A stretch of DNA of 64,000 nucleotides, from positions 58,094,001 to 58,158,000 of the forward strand of contig CM060731.1 of assembly GCA_030704615.1 (NCBI GenBank), in the 5' to 3' direction. The notes below the pieces were generated by a model. The model worked only from the letters and a program-made list of their open reading frames with translations. It made no database searches and was not told the DNA's origin. The position numbers and the translations under genes were made by a program. Positions 40,459 to 52,857 of this stretch are shown here, piece by piece (the stretch's first letter is position 1; the number at the start of each line of letters is the position of its first letter). The stretch is from Takakia lepidozioides. Its lineage: Eukaryota > Plantae > Bryophyta.

Positions 40459-41263
40459 GGGCAAACCTTCGCGATTTCATCCAGAATAGATGAAAAACAG
40501 GTAATGTAAAGTATTTCCCTAATTCCATCATGATGTCATCCAAAAGTAGAGTCTGGCTTTCATTAGGGTTTAGTTTTCATGACCAAACTCATCCAAAGAA
40601 CCCAGTAATCAGAGAAATTGCTATAATGGAGTTCCTCCATTTTCGTGATTACATCCATTGTGGATTAAAAAAGGTTTAGACAAAATTAGTCCAAGCCGGC
40701 CTGGGATTTGGAAAAAGTACAAGCAAATTCCTTGTACAGAGGGAGAGGGAGAGAGGGAGAGAGAGAGGAAGTGAGAGGGAGAGATCAGGAAACAAGAAAA
40801 AGAGGAAGGTGGGGGGGGGGGTGTGACTGAGTAGCAACTGCTCAGTCACCCCCCACCCTTTTTGTTTTTTCTTTGTTGCCCCCTCTCTCCCTCTCCCTCT
40901 ATAACTCTTTGGATTTCATCTGGCCTTAACCTTTTGAGGTTATTTAGTTTTTCATCCCAACCTTTTTCATCCAAATCTGGATGATATTATTATAGGATGA
41001 TGAAACTTAATGTACAGAAAGCTTGGTTTACCATCTATTTCTTTCATCTAAACTGGATGAACTACATGAATAATGGTTACCTATTTTAAAATCCAAGAGA
41101 ATAATAAAACTACCATCATAAATGATGACAGTTATTAAACCTAAGCCTATACCATAACCCTAAAAGATAATTTTTAATTGGATGTCATCCATTGACAAAG
41201 TGCTTCTCTTGATAAAATGTTATTTTTCATCCACCCTGGATGAGAAATCGGGAAGTTGTGCCC
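40459..41263. mobile_element. PIF/Harbinger (Tourist)-like MITE
   Basis: About 45-bp imperfect TIRs GGGCA(A/C)A(C/A)CTTC(G/C)CGATTTC..ATCCAG..GATGAAAAA; flanks ATA and TAA; internal CATCC/GGATG motifs. Confidence 0.5.
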
Positions 41264-43156
41264 TAAGCAGGCCGACACATTTCACAACACTGAACTCGTG
41301 CTTCAGTGAACCTTGATGATGCGCCGTGTAAACCTGCTCCCCTGCTGCTACATGATACTCGTGATGGCTGGCTCTTGGGATGCGCATTGGCGGTTAGGCA
41401 GATTCCTCTCTGGCAGACGACAAAGCGATGATCGCTTTGCTCATAAACTCATGGTTCTTTATTTTGCAGCGGCGCTTTTACTCCTCGTTGGGAAGTACTC
41501 TATCCCTATTTGGAGATGATCTGTTGGACGCCATGGCGCAGGGCATACCACAAACACTCAAGGTTTTTTGAGTTTACCCTTGCTTGAATTGTGATCTGTA
41601 CATGCTTTAGAATTCAACACTGACATGGATAACAACTGTGAAGACCTGCCACTCACCTGCTGCATCCTCACTAACACACATCGCTATGTGGTGGTTTTTG
41701 GGACGGGCACAGGTGAGGGTCTTCACTTGTCTTGATTTCTTGAAGCTTGCAGCTCCTGTTCTTGCAAATGTGGATACTGCTGCTGCCTAAGCTGCTGATG
41801 CCATTTGCTGTTTCAAACTGCCACCATGCCGCTTCAGACCTGCTCCAAGATGGCTCCAATGAGGATCTGCTTCTCTCCTTACCCCTGTTTCTGGTTTTTT
41901 ACAACCACATTTGCATGTGTAGGAGTTAAGCTATGAAGGGTACAAGGGTACAAAATAGCAGTTATTACTCTGACTGCTTTGATACTTGGCTCTGAAATGA
42001 AACTTCTTGGTATGACTTTGATGGATCAAAATGATAGGCTTTGCTTTGCTGAATCTTGCTTGTATCGTGGTTCTGAAACATCAACTTCAAACCAATACTG
42101 TTTCTTAGGGAAGTGAAATGCTCAAGACCTGGATTTTGTTTGCCTTGGCCCGTTAAAGACTTTCAATTTAAAGGCCTGGCTGCAGGTAGGGTTCTTCTGA
42201 GTTTCTTTGTTAACTCAGATCTTTGGAGGTTCTAGAATACCACTCAAGACCTAGATCTGTTTTGGAACACTCAACCTTGCATAGGTTTCATGTTTATTGC
42301 TTGTGGTTTGGCATTGATACATCACCAAACTAGCTTTGGAATGAAACCTCTCAGCTTGACTCTGTTGTGTCAAACAGGTACGCCTTGTTTAGGGAACACA
42401 CACACTCATTAAGGCTCTCATAGCAGTCTGAATTTGAGGGCTGATAGCAGGCAAATTTGAGATAATTTGCCTTGCTTCTGTTTTATGATTCCTGCTTGTG
42501 ACACGACACTGAAACGTCACCTTCAGGCCAGTAATAGCCTCTAGGGAGAAGACTTGTTCAAAACCTGGATGTTGGCATGCAGCCTCATGATATATACCAT
42601 GTCTTGAACCATGCCAATAGGGCAAGAGGAAACATGATGTAAACCAACAAATGCTTAAGGCATATTTGTTTGACTGTTTCAAACTCAACTTGAATTGTTT
42701 TTTAGCATGAGTCTTGGGGACTGTCCCAAGACCTGCAATCTGGTTTTCACAACTTCTTTTGCTAAGGTGTTGTGTCTACTTGCAAATACTTAAGGCATGA
42801 ATGGCTGGCTGTTTCAACTTGAAGTGCTATGAGCTTGATTCTGGGAAATATCCCCAAACCTGCAATCTGGTTTTTGAAATGAGTTTGAAATGAGTTTTTG
42901 AAATGATGGTGCAAACTATGGTGCAAACTATGGTGCTTTCATGATATGACTGACCTGGAATCCCACCCTCCCAGCCTGTTTTTTCAGAGGCCCTGAAATG
43001 TAATGGGGTATTCAAATGAGATTGTAAACATGAAAGGGAATGTTAGATGGTGCCCTGTAAAGGGCTGTTTTGTCTTTCAATGACAATGACCTTAGCGGTC
43101 TTGTCCATGTCTTGACATGACATGTATATCTTCCCTCTCTCTTTTTAACTTTTTCT

Positions 43157-43878
43157 GCAGAGGGGTCAACTCTGAGGTTAAGAAAACCATGCTTTGTCGC
43201 ATTATTAGACCTGCCTTGGAGTACGGATCTGCAATATGGGTTGATAAATCTGACTTAGAGGCTGTAGTGTCCAAAGCCATGTCTGTTGCCATGAGATTGT
43301 CTGATAAAAATGAAGTTAGGCAGAAAACTTCCCTGAACTTGTTTCCAGTCAGTAACATGGGGGAGGACATCTTGGATGACCTCAAGGGTCTACCCACTCT
43401 TGGCACTAGACTGAAATTTAAACTCAGGGCAGGAAGCCTACCTTTGAACAGCAAACAGAAGCAGAGAGGAAAGGGAGAGTGCAATTGCCCGTTGTGTGGG
43501 CAATCTGAAGACAATACACATTTTCTGATACACTAACCGGGGTTCTCTCACCAAAGAGACGCTCTCTTCAAATCTATCAAGGGAATTGTGCCTGTACCTC
43601 TGTTTACCAACTTTGAAAGTCTCCAGGCTGAGCCAAAAGCCCAGGCCCTCCTGAGGCCTAGTTATTGGGGCAAATCACACACATCAGTTTGATGCTTGTG
43701 TGAAGGGATTTCTAGAGGATATCTGGAAAACCCAGATTAATTCTATATATGAAGGTAAGTCTTACTACCAACGTCAGCCCTTGACAAAGGCAGGTTCTGT
43801 CCCTTTTGTTTCCGCTCAAACTGGGCGCGGGGTCAATGGCCACAAGGCTACGGCAAACAACGTCTTATGAGTACAATC
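43157..43878 (+). mobile_element. 5'-truncated, internally deleted copy of the FANCI-intron LINE
   Basis: CRGVNSEVKKTML..AIWVD is fused to KSDLEAVV; 14-bp TSD TTTTAACTTTTTCT at 43143-43156 and 43879-43892. Confidence 0.9.
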
Positions 43879-43935
43879 TTTTAACTTTTTCTACACCCTC
43901 TCTTCCTTGTGGTTTGTTTACTTTTGTGAACAGCA

Positions 43936-43987
<52 letters not shown>

Positions 43988-44229
43988 GGAGAAAGAGGGA
44001 CAGAGAAAGGGAGAGATCAGGAAACCAAAAAAAAAAAAATGGCAGGGGGGGGGAGTGACTGAGCCCGTGGTGCTCAGCAGCTGCTGGTGGTGCTCAGTCA
44101 CTCCCCCCCCATCTTTTTCTTTTCTCTTTGTTGCCCCCTCTCGAGACCCCGAGCACTTGCTGCTCTCAGCCCCCGACATGCTTGGTTTTTTTTGTTTTTG
44201 ATCTGGAATGTTCCTTATGAGGCCAACTT

Positions 44230-46486
44230 GTGGGTTTGCATGACAGGTGCCAGCTTATGGGGAAAGAGAAGAAGTCCCCTGCCCCAAAGAAAGGGGCGGA
44301 CAATCCGTTTGCTCTGCCGGCACGTGTGACGCGCCAGGGCGTCTCACGGCTAACCAGCCCCGTCGACAACCGCAGCCGGAGGGCTCGTCTCCCCCCCAAG
44401 GCCAGTACCCCCGCTCTTGTCCACATCTTGGATGCGCCAGGGGCCGGCTCAACCAGCTCTCCTATTCGGGAGGTTGTTGCTGAGCTGGATGCTCAGTTGA
44501 GCACACCCCCAGCCACCAAGACGGGTGAAATGTACCTTGGCAAGCACATCACCCGTTCGGGGGCCCGGTATGGGCACCTTTTGGATGTCACCCCCATAGC
44601 GACCCCTTCCTCCGCAGCAAAGGCTGCACTTGCCAAGGCCCAACGTCAGGTTCAAGGGCCTTTGAAAGCCTCCATTGCCAGTCCATTGTTGTCGATGAGG
44701 GAGGAGGAGGCGAGCAGGGCCAATGAAGTGGCCAAGATAGCGAAGCGCCTTGAAGAAGTCAAGCCAGGTGAGGGCTTCTACCCTCATACTCATTTGGGGG
44801 GGGGGAGAGGAGGAGGTATGGGCCGGTTCGGAGTAGCCTAGCCAATCAGCGACACCGCCCCCTGAGCCTGAGCGGTCAGCAAAGAAGGGCCTGGACTACG
44901 GGGCGTCGCCGCCGGCTATGATCCACATCTGGAATCTACTTCCAGTGGCGCTCCGGGAGGGGATAGAGCGGGCACATCCGGAAACTTGGACTCCTCCCAC
45001 ATCGGGTGACACCAGGGGCGAGTCGGACAAGCTTGCAAAGGTACAACTGTCGCACCTTGTCATATGATTTATCCTTTCTTTTGCATGCATGATTTTCTTT
45101 GTTGTTTGTTTCTTTTTTTGAATTTGGAGGGGTTATTTGTCTTCAGGAGGCAGCAACATGGCTGGCCTCATTGGTGCAGTCACGTGGGGTTGCCAATGAG
45201 GGAGAGCACGTGGTGTTCATGAAGGACCCGAACACCAAAGGTAAGAAGAAGAGGCCTCGATCTCCCGAGATCCCTTTTACCATCAATGAAGGGGCTGCCG
45301 AGGAGAGAGAGAGAAGGGAGAGGGAGAAGAAGAGAGAGGAAGTAGCGGGGAAGGGGAAGGAGATGGTCGTGGAGAAGGGGAAGGAAAAGAAGAAAAAGAA
45401 AAAGAAGTCCCATGGAGTGGAAGGGGTGAGTGTGCATGCGGGGGAGGGCAGTGGGGTAACAAAGGAGCAGGGGAAGGAGGCTACAAAGAAGGGAGAGGGT
45501 GGGATGGCCTTGGCGATACAGGACGTGGAGTTGGCAAAGATCGCGGTGCCACCGGTGGAGGTGAATCGCCATGGTGACCCCTGCGGTGCGTTCTGGGAGG
45601 CTATGAAGAAGCCAGCCTTCGAACTCGCATTGAGGTGGTTCCCTTTGCACATCGAGTGGGCTGATCAGCACTTTGGTGCGAAGCGGGCGTATGCCCGTGA
45701 GTTAGACCGCCGGTTTCCGGGCAATTGGAGTGACACAAGGGTGATGGAGATGGTGGGGCGAAACTTGAAGGACAGGAGGTTCCGTGCCAGACAGATCATT
45801 CGGAGGGCAATGGAAAAGGGGGCCATACCCAAACCACCTTATGGAATTACACAGGTTGGCAAATCTTGAATCATGTCACCTTCCATTTGTCGCATGTGCA
45901 TTAATGAGGTGGATTCGATGCAACGGATGTGTGTAATTCACTAATTGTTGGGGGGGGGGGGTGCATAGGTATCGTGGGATGCACTCATTGCGGGAGAGAC
46001 CGATGCCGCAATCAAGGTCAAATTTGACCGGGCACGTGAAGCAACAACAGTCCGCCTTGACAAGCACGAATCCACACACAAGTGGGGCGCCGGCGGATCC
46101 AAGGGTTTTATCTTGCGATTTGTAAGTCGTAATTCCCTATGGATTTTGTTATGTCTTCTTTCTGGCTCCATCATTGCGAAGAACTGACTTTAATTTGTGG
46201 CACGTGTAGCAACGCGCGTTTGAGATGAAGCCATCTCCGGTAGAGTACAACTACGCCAAGGAGCATGGTTGACAATCCCTCATGAAGAACATGGCCAACA
46301 AAGAGGGGATGAGTGCACTACAGGGCACTAGTATGGATGAGGTCGAGGGTCATGCCCAGGGATTGGATGAGAGCTTTGTGGGACTTAGGGGAACGCCGCC
46401 TCAGTGCTCTGGCAAAGGGCGCAGAGTCATCAGGCTCATCGGATAGCTCTGAGTCCTCCATTGAGGATGAGGATGAGGATGACTAG
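44230..46486 (+). pseudogene. Spliced CACTA accessory ORF, nested copy
   Basis: Inverted homolog of 30528-32705 with GT-AG introns near 45040-45147, 45853-45968 and 46120-46209. Confidence 0.55.
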
Positions 46487-47003
46487 TCCTAGTCCATGTA
46501 GGTCCCAGGGTTAGTCTACTGAACCCTTGTGAGCTTTTCAGCTCATGTCTTGTAAATATATTTCCATCTTTTCATCTTCCATCTTATTCATGTGTCGCAC
46601 CGTCCTCACCCTCGATTCATGCTTGCTCAATTGTGTACCTGCTAACACAGAGAAATGGAACTGTAAATTCTCCCATCTCCAAATACAAAACCAGGAAGAA
46701 AACAGAAAACCACCCCCAATTCACCCCCAAAATGAACCCCCAACCCCCCCACCAGGCTGCCCTCGCGACTGCAGCACGTCGCCAAGGACGACTGTTTTTT
46801 TGGGCGGGGTCGCAAGAAGCGACGGTCGGGCGTCGCAAACCCCATTTGCCGGCAGCAAACGCCGACAACCCCCCCTGCGACGTGTTTTTTAGTCCGGGGG
46901 TCGCAACCCGTGACGCCCTGGCGTCGCGGAAACCGCCACCCTGCCTACGCCATTTTTTTTTTAATTTAAAAAAAAAAAAAACGCGACGCCGGAGCGTCGC
47001 AAC

Positions 47004-49765
47004 ATGTACCATCTGATACGTCCCAGTGTAATACAAGATCAACCGAAAATCATTCGATTGTCCAATGAGGCATTCACTTGTCATCTGGTTTTTGTTCAAT
47101 ACGAAAAAGAAATCATGCAATGCGTGCACGACTATTGCACCCATTGAACGGATGTGGTTGAAGCCCCTCTTTTGCCTGCATGTGCTTGAACATGTGTGCA
47201 ACACGTGTGCGGAGACACAACAGACGAATAAATCATTTGCCTCCCCATCGACGTGCTCCCCCCTCAAGCCATTCCATAATTTAATTGAATTTAAATTTAT
47301 TTTAAGCCAATAAATAGGTTTGCACTGCCTTTCAGTGGGGGTTTCTGGCACCAACGTCCGGGGAGAACCGGCAGCCAGTTACATGCTAGCCGACTGAATT
47401 CCAGAATTTCCGAATGAAATATGAAACCTCAGGAAATGGATCCGAGGGAAAAAATGGCCGAAGCGGAAATCAACCGGGTGCCCTACTTTTAGGAAGGATA
47501 TTTGCCTTTCCATTTCATTACAGACAGGAAATCTGCCTTAGTTGGCAAGGCCTGGACGGATTCCAGCCCTTCTTATATTACAAAAAACGGAAATGGCCGT
47601 GGAAGTCCACCACATGGCAGAAATCCAACGTGCCAGGCCGGGTTACATCCGAGGAAGGGTGTTTAGGTGAAAAAATATTGAACTCAAGAGGGCGGGCCGC
47701 GGGCAAACCCTACTAAGTCTGGACGTTGCTCTCGCAGCCCCAGCCCCGCGCCTGCTTGCACTCGCTGCTTGCTATCACAGCTCACCTGTCCACGCTGGTT
47801 CAATTCTTGGCCCCATGTGGTTTGAGGGCATTGACAGGTCCAACTTCTATAAGGATACAATGTTCTTCACTTGTTTGAATTGCTTAAAACTGGTTGTGAT
47901 TATTTATTATTATTATTATTTACTTATTGTTGTGCATTTGACACTTGTATTGTAAACCGGTTGATATTTATAAGGGCCAGATTTATAGCTGAACACAAAA
48001 TAAATCATTAGGAATATTACCGGTTGTAAAGAAATTATCTCGGAAATTGACCGGTATAGTTACCACTAAGGGGCAGCAACCGAGTGCCCAACCCACTTAG
48101 CCGATTGCTGCTGGGAATGAGCGGCTACTGGCTGGTTCAACTGAAATTATTTCCCGGACGCTGTCTGGCACGTATCGATTTTGTTTTTGGCTCAATTTTG
48201 TTCTGCGGCTTCCAGCATCCCACGGCTACTCCCCCGCCAAAATTTGGACCAATCAAAAATGCCCCAAAAAAACAATGTTATCTTCGCTCACTATTGCAGA
48301 ACTCTCTATGAAGAGTTAAAAAATGGAATGAAAAAAAAAAATCTTGAGCACGTGAAACACAGTCCAACAGGTCCTAAAGCAATAGCAGCTCCAACAGAAT
48401 ACATTCAACGGGTGAACGGATGGTTGCCCATCCAAATCATTTTTGCTAGCTTCCAAACTTTGCCAGCACGTTCGAGACACCCTCTCACAGGTCTCGGACT
48501 AATATCAGATCAATCGAAATTCATTCGATGGCTCAACGAAGGTTGGCCATCGAAATGATTTTGGTTCGCTTTGAGACTTGGCCACTATGTTCAATGTGCC
48601 ATGTAAGAGGCCCCAGAGTAATATGAGTTCAATCAAAATTCGTTCAATGGGCCAACGGATGGTTGCCCATCCAAATGATTTCCGTTCGCTTTGAAACTTG
48701 GCCAGTGTGTTCAATGTACCATCTGATACGTCCCAGTGTAATACAAGATCAATCGAAAATCGTTCGATTGTCCAATGAGGCGTTCACTTGTCATCTGGTT
48801 TTTCTACAATGTGAAAAAGAAATCTTGCAATGCGTGCACGACTATTGCACCCATTGAACGGATGTGGTTGAAGCCCCTCTTTGGCCCGCATGTGCTTGAA
48901 CATGTGTGGAGACACGACAAACGAATAAATCATTTGCCTCCTATCGACGCGCTCCCCCCTCAAGCCATTCCATAATTTAATTTAATTTAACTTTATTTAA
49001 AGCCAATAAATAGGTTTGCACTGCCTTTCAGTGGGGGTTTCTGGCATGTATCGATTTTGTTTTTGGTTCAATTTTGTTCTGCGGCTTCCAGCATCCCAGG
49101 GCTACTCCCCCGCCAAAATTTGGAACAATAAAAAATGCCCCAAAAAAACAATGTTCTCTTCGCTCACTATTGCAAAACTCTCTACAAAGAGTGCATGAAG
49201 TAGACCACAAATCAAGTTTGGAGTGCAAAACAGGGAAGAAACTGTGGTTTTGGGTCCAAATGAATTTTGATCGCTCCCAAATTTGGCACGCACATTGCAT
49301 ATGGCTACATTACACGCCCCATTCAAAAACGGAATGAAAAAAAAATCGTGAGCACGCGAAACACAGTCCAACAGGTCCTAAAGCAATAGCAGCTCCAACA
49401 AAATACATTCAACGGGTGAACGGATGGTTGCCCATCCAAATCATTTTTGCTAGCTTCCAAACTTTGCCAGCACGTTCGAGACACCCTCTCACAGGTCTCG
49501 GACTAATATCAGATCAATCGAAATTCATTCGATGGCTCAACGGAAGGTTGGCCATCGAAATGTTTTTTGGTTCGCTTTGAGACTTGGCCACTATGTTCAA
49601 TGTGCCATGTAAGAGGCCCCAGAGTAATATGAGTTCAATCAAAATTCGTTCAATGGGCCAACGGATGGTTGCCCATCCAAATGATTTCCGTTCGCTTTGA
49701 AACTTGGCCAGTGTGTTCAATGTACCATTTGATACGTCCCAGTGTAATACAAGATCAATCGAAAT
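47004..49765. repeat. About 0.9-1.0-kb tandem repeat (~2 units) with internal sub-repeats
   Basis: ATGTACCAT(C/T)TGATACGTCCCAGTGTAATACAAGATCAA at 47004, 48714 and 49720. Confidence 0.85.
47352..48163. mobile_element. Non-autonomous hAT-type element (812 bp)
   Basis: TIRs CA(A/G)CGTCCGGG; 8-bp TSD TCTGGCAC at 47344-47351 and 48164-48171; empty site in the sister repeat at about 49040. Confidence 0.85.
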
Positions 49766-50213
49766 TATTTTGTGCATTGATAACTTTGTGGGTATGTTCG
49801 TAGAAAGATCATAGATTTTGTGAAATGATTATGAAATACGCAGGGACCAGGCGAAATTTGTTTGGAAGACGACCGTTCGTAACTCGTTATAACTTATTTG
49901 TTAACATCAATTTTCCTTGTCTTCAGCTTTCGGAGTTCATTGCAAATACCCACATACACGTCATGACCAAATATGACACCATTGTAAATTTGTTTACAGG
50001 GTGAACTTCTTATTCCCCATCATACGAGTATAAATGTGAAGAAATCGCTGCTCATGCAATTGAAATCGGCAGGTGCCGCACATGTGCATTGTGTATTAAC
50101 AAAATTGGTGATATACAAACTTGGTGGAATGCCATCACTGTGTTTTTCAACAATATTTAAGGTACAACAAAAATGCATATTGTATATGTTTTACGCTGCT
50201 AGTCATTAAAAGC

Positions 50214-52488
50214 CTAGTCGTCACTGTCCGAAGATGTGGAATTTGATGCTGTGGCCTGATTTGCACTGCCAATTGCCAGAGCTTGCGACCGTGATCTCGT
50301 GATCAATGAGGGGCCCAATGGCATGTGATCAATTCTGGCCTGCATTCGCCTACTTCGCGACGAAAGTTGACTTTCTTCTTCACTCTCACGACGTGGCGGA
50401 GGTGGATCGAGAACAAGTGCTCGGCAACGAGGCCGTCCACATCCGGCAATACAGCCCCCGAAACACGATGATAATGGTCTGTTCATAGTCGCCTCCATTT
50501 CTCTACAACTGACTTGATGGTACTTTTGAAACTTTCCAACTGCTTCTCGCGGGCCCTGTCCCTAATCATTGTGTCGTTTCGACGATAAGCCGTCTCGTAC
50601 GCATCATTCATTCGGCGTTGACATATTATAACATCTTCCAGTTCAGACAACAACAAATGTCTTTCAATCGGTTGTCGGTCATACAATTCGTTTTCCTCCT
50701 GCACCCATGGAACATGTGGGAGCCGGATAAACCTGGACCTTCTTTGACTCCAATGCCCTCCCAGATTGCGGCAAAACTGCTCTCTCCCACACCAATCTCG
50801 AATGCCTCCCGCACGTATGGTTATCTCCCAATCAGATGTGACCCATAAATACTGGGGATCTTTGATGTATGTCGGATTTCCGGCATGTATGCCATGCATC
50901 TCCCCGTCTGCATCCCATACCAAGTTATTTCCCCAATGCACACAATTCAGAAATGTATATGGTAGCCCATCCAATGGGAGGTTGTATCGATTGTATTCAA
51001 AACCTATGGGCATCCGATCTTCTAAGCCCACCAGCTTATAGAAACGGCGATGGATTGATGTACGACATTTTGGGCAAGCGTTCGTCCGCAAGGCTTGCGG
51101 GATAAGACATGTGAGATGAAACATATGTCCTCATGATCCAAACACATAACATCCCTCTGGGCCGTATGGATTCATACACATCGAACAAACTGTGCCATCT
51201 GATATAAACGCCTCGTGATATCTCCTCCCTCTGGGCCGGTTTGATGTGGCTGGTCATCCTTGTTGTGGTGTCTCACTCTTCCTCTATCTCCAATTCCCAG
51301 TTTATGCTTCTGTTCGACCCCGAAATTCTATGCTCACATCGATCGAACATAGAATCCACATCTGCCCAATTGGTATACCCGGTGAACACGATTGATGCGA
51401 TGCGGAGATCGTTATACCTTTGCATGTTGGCATAAATGTTATCCACGCTACGGTTCGACATGCGTGCGACACGTTGCAAGCCTAACAGTGTCCGCTCTAC
51501 CCGTGCTTCTCTGGAGGCCAAATGGGTCGCCCATTGTACCCAATGGGACCCATGCCTGAATCTCCAGCGTTTTGGACAAGCGCCATGCAGTTGTCATGAC
51601 AATGTCCCGCTCCTTTGTAACGCGGTCGACATCTAATATCGGGTTCATCTCCAATTGAATGGCGACCCTCGAGCATTCTCCGGTTTCCAGTACTGGTTCT
51701 TTTCTTTTCCTCCTTCTTTCATCCGCAATTCGCTGTTCCTCAACCATGGTTTCATCGGCCGTAATTTCCTGAATGATGAGGTTAATACTGTGATCGGGCA
51801 TCGCAAACTCCGCGTCCATGTCCACGACGTTTGTTCGATCCTCATTGTGGACAACAGTGCCTTCATTGTTTGGAGGCATGTCTTGCAATCTAGCTTCCAA
51901 CTCGGCTATGCGCAGTGTTTGCCAGTCTAGTCGGTCCTGCAGGGTCCTGATTCGCTAGTCTCTTTCCGCCAGTTATTCCTCTAACGTTACAGCCGGTTGT
52001 ATTCCGAATGTGTCCGGGATGTACTCCAAATCGTATAGCAACCTTGCGTTCCTCCTACTAGCAGTTTGTCAATTCACTGGACGTAAGAGTATGACCTCCA
52101 CGTACAACATGGCTGCCAAGGTGTACGAGATTTGACCCTTTAAGAGATGTTGACCCCACAATATGCAATGCAACTCATTCACCATATGCTGGAAATGCAA
52201 GTACGTGCAAGACCTGGACTCTGCGTAATTGTTTCAGGTTTGCACGTCATGCCTATCCAAAGGCTACAATCGATTGATGTGGTACAATTTCACGAATTTT
52301 TTGCATCTCGCCATTGGTCATCGGAACTCTTCCGGAACATCCTCCCAACCGTCTTCTGCTAGTATGCTAGGGTCACCATATACTTCCCAATTCAAGTCTT
52401 GCATTGACCATTTGATTTTCTTAGGGGGCGGTCCATGTTCATTGGGGTCATCTCTTCCATGACGGTCATCGTCCTGGCCCTCTGCCAT
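50214..52488 (-). pseudogene. Disrupted ORF (~750 codons) with RING-H2 finger, transposon cargo
   Basis: CSMC..GS*GHMFHLTC..CPKC around 51190-51060; ATG at 52488; several stops and frameshifts. Confidence 0.65.
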
Positions 52489-52857
52489 TCTGCAACAATC
52501 GGAGCAACACTAAACGAGGTTTTCTAAAAAGACGTAACTTTAAACCCTTCCCCCGTTAAGTAGGTTTGAGTAGGTGTCAAAATAGTTCCTAAAAGCTAAT
52601 TTTGTAGAATAAAATGATCCTGGAAACCAGAGGAGGGCCTATGAGAGCATTCTGCAACAACCTTACAGAAATCGCGGCAAAAAAAACCCCCACCCAACCA
52701 ATGGCATCCTTCTCCACGTGACTACGTGTAGTGGAATAATGAAATGCCACGCACACAGAAGTTGTGTGGAGAGGAAGTGAGGGGAGAATAAGCCTCCCTT
52801 GGCTTATATCCCCCCCCCCCCAATTCCTCGGGCCACGTGCAGGGCGAATCTTCTAGA

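Larger units (their letters stand above)
35918..47002. mobile_element. Nested CACTA element of the same family in opposite orientation (far terminus lost)
   Basis: Intact terminus CACTACAGCAAATGGGGGGG at 35918; subterminal GCGAC repeats; transposase on minus and accessory ORF on plus; ends abruptly near 47002. Confidence 0.75.
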
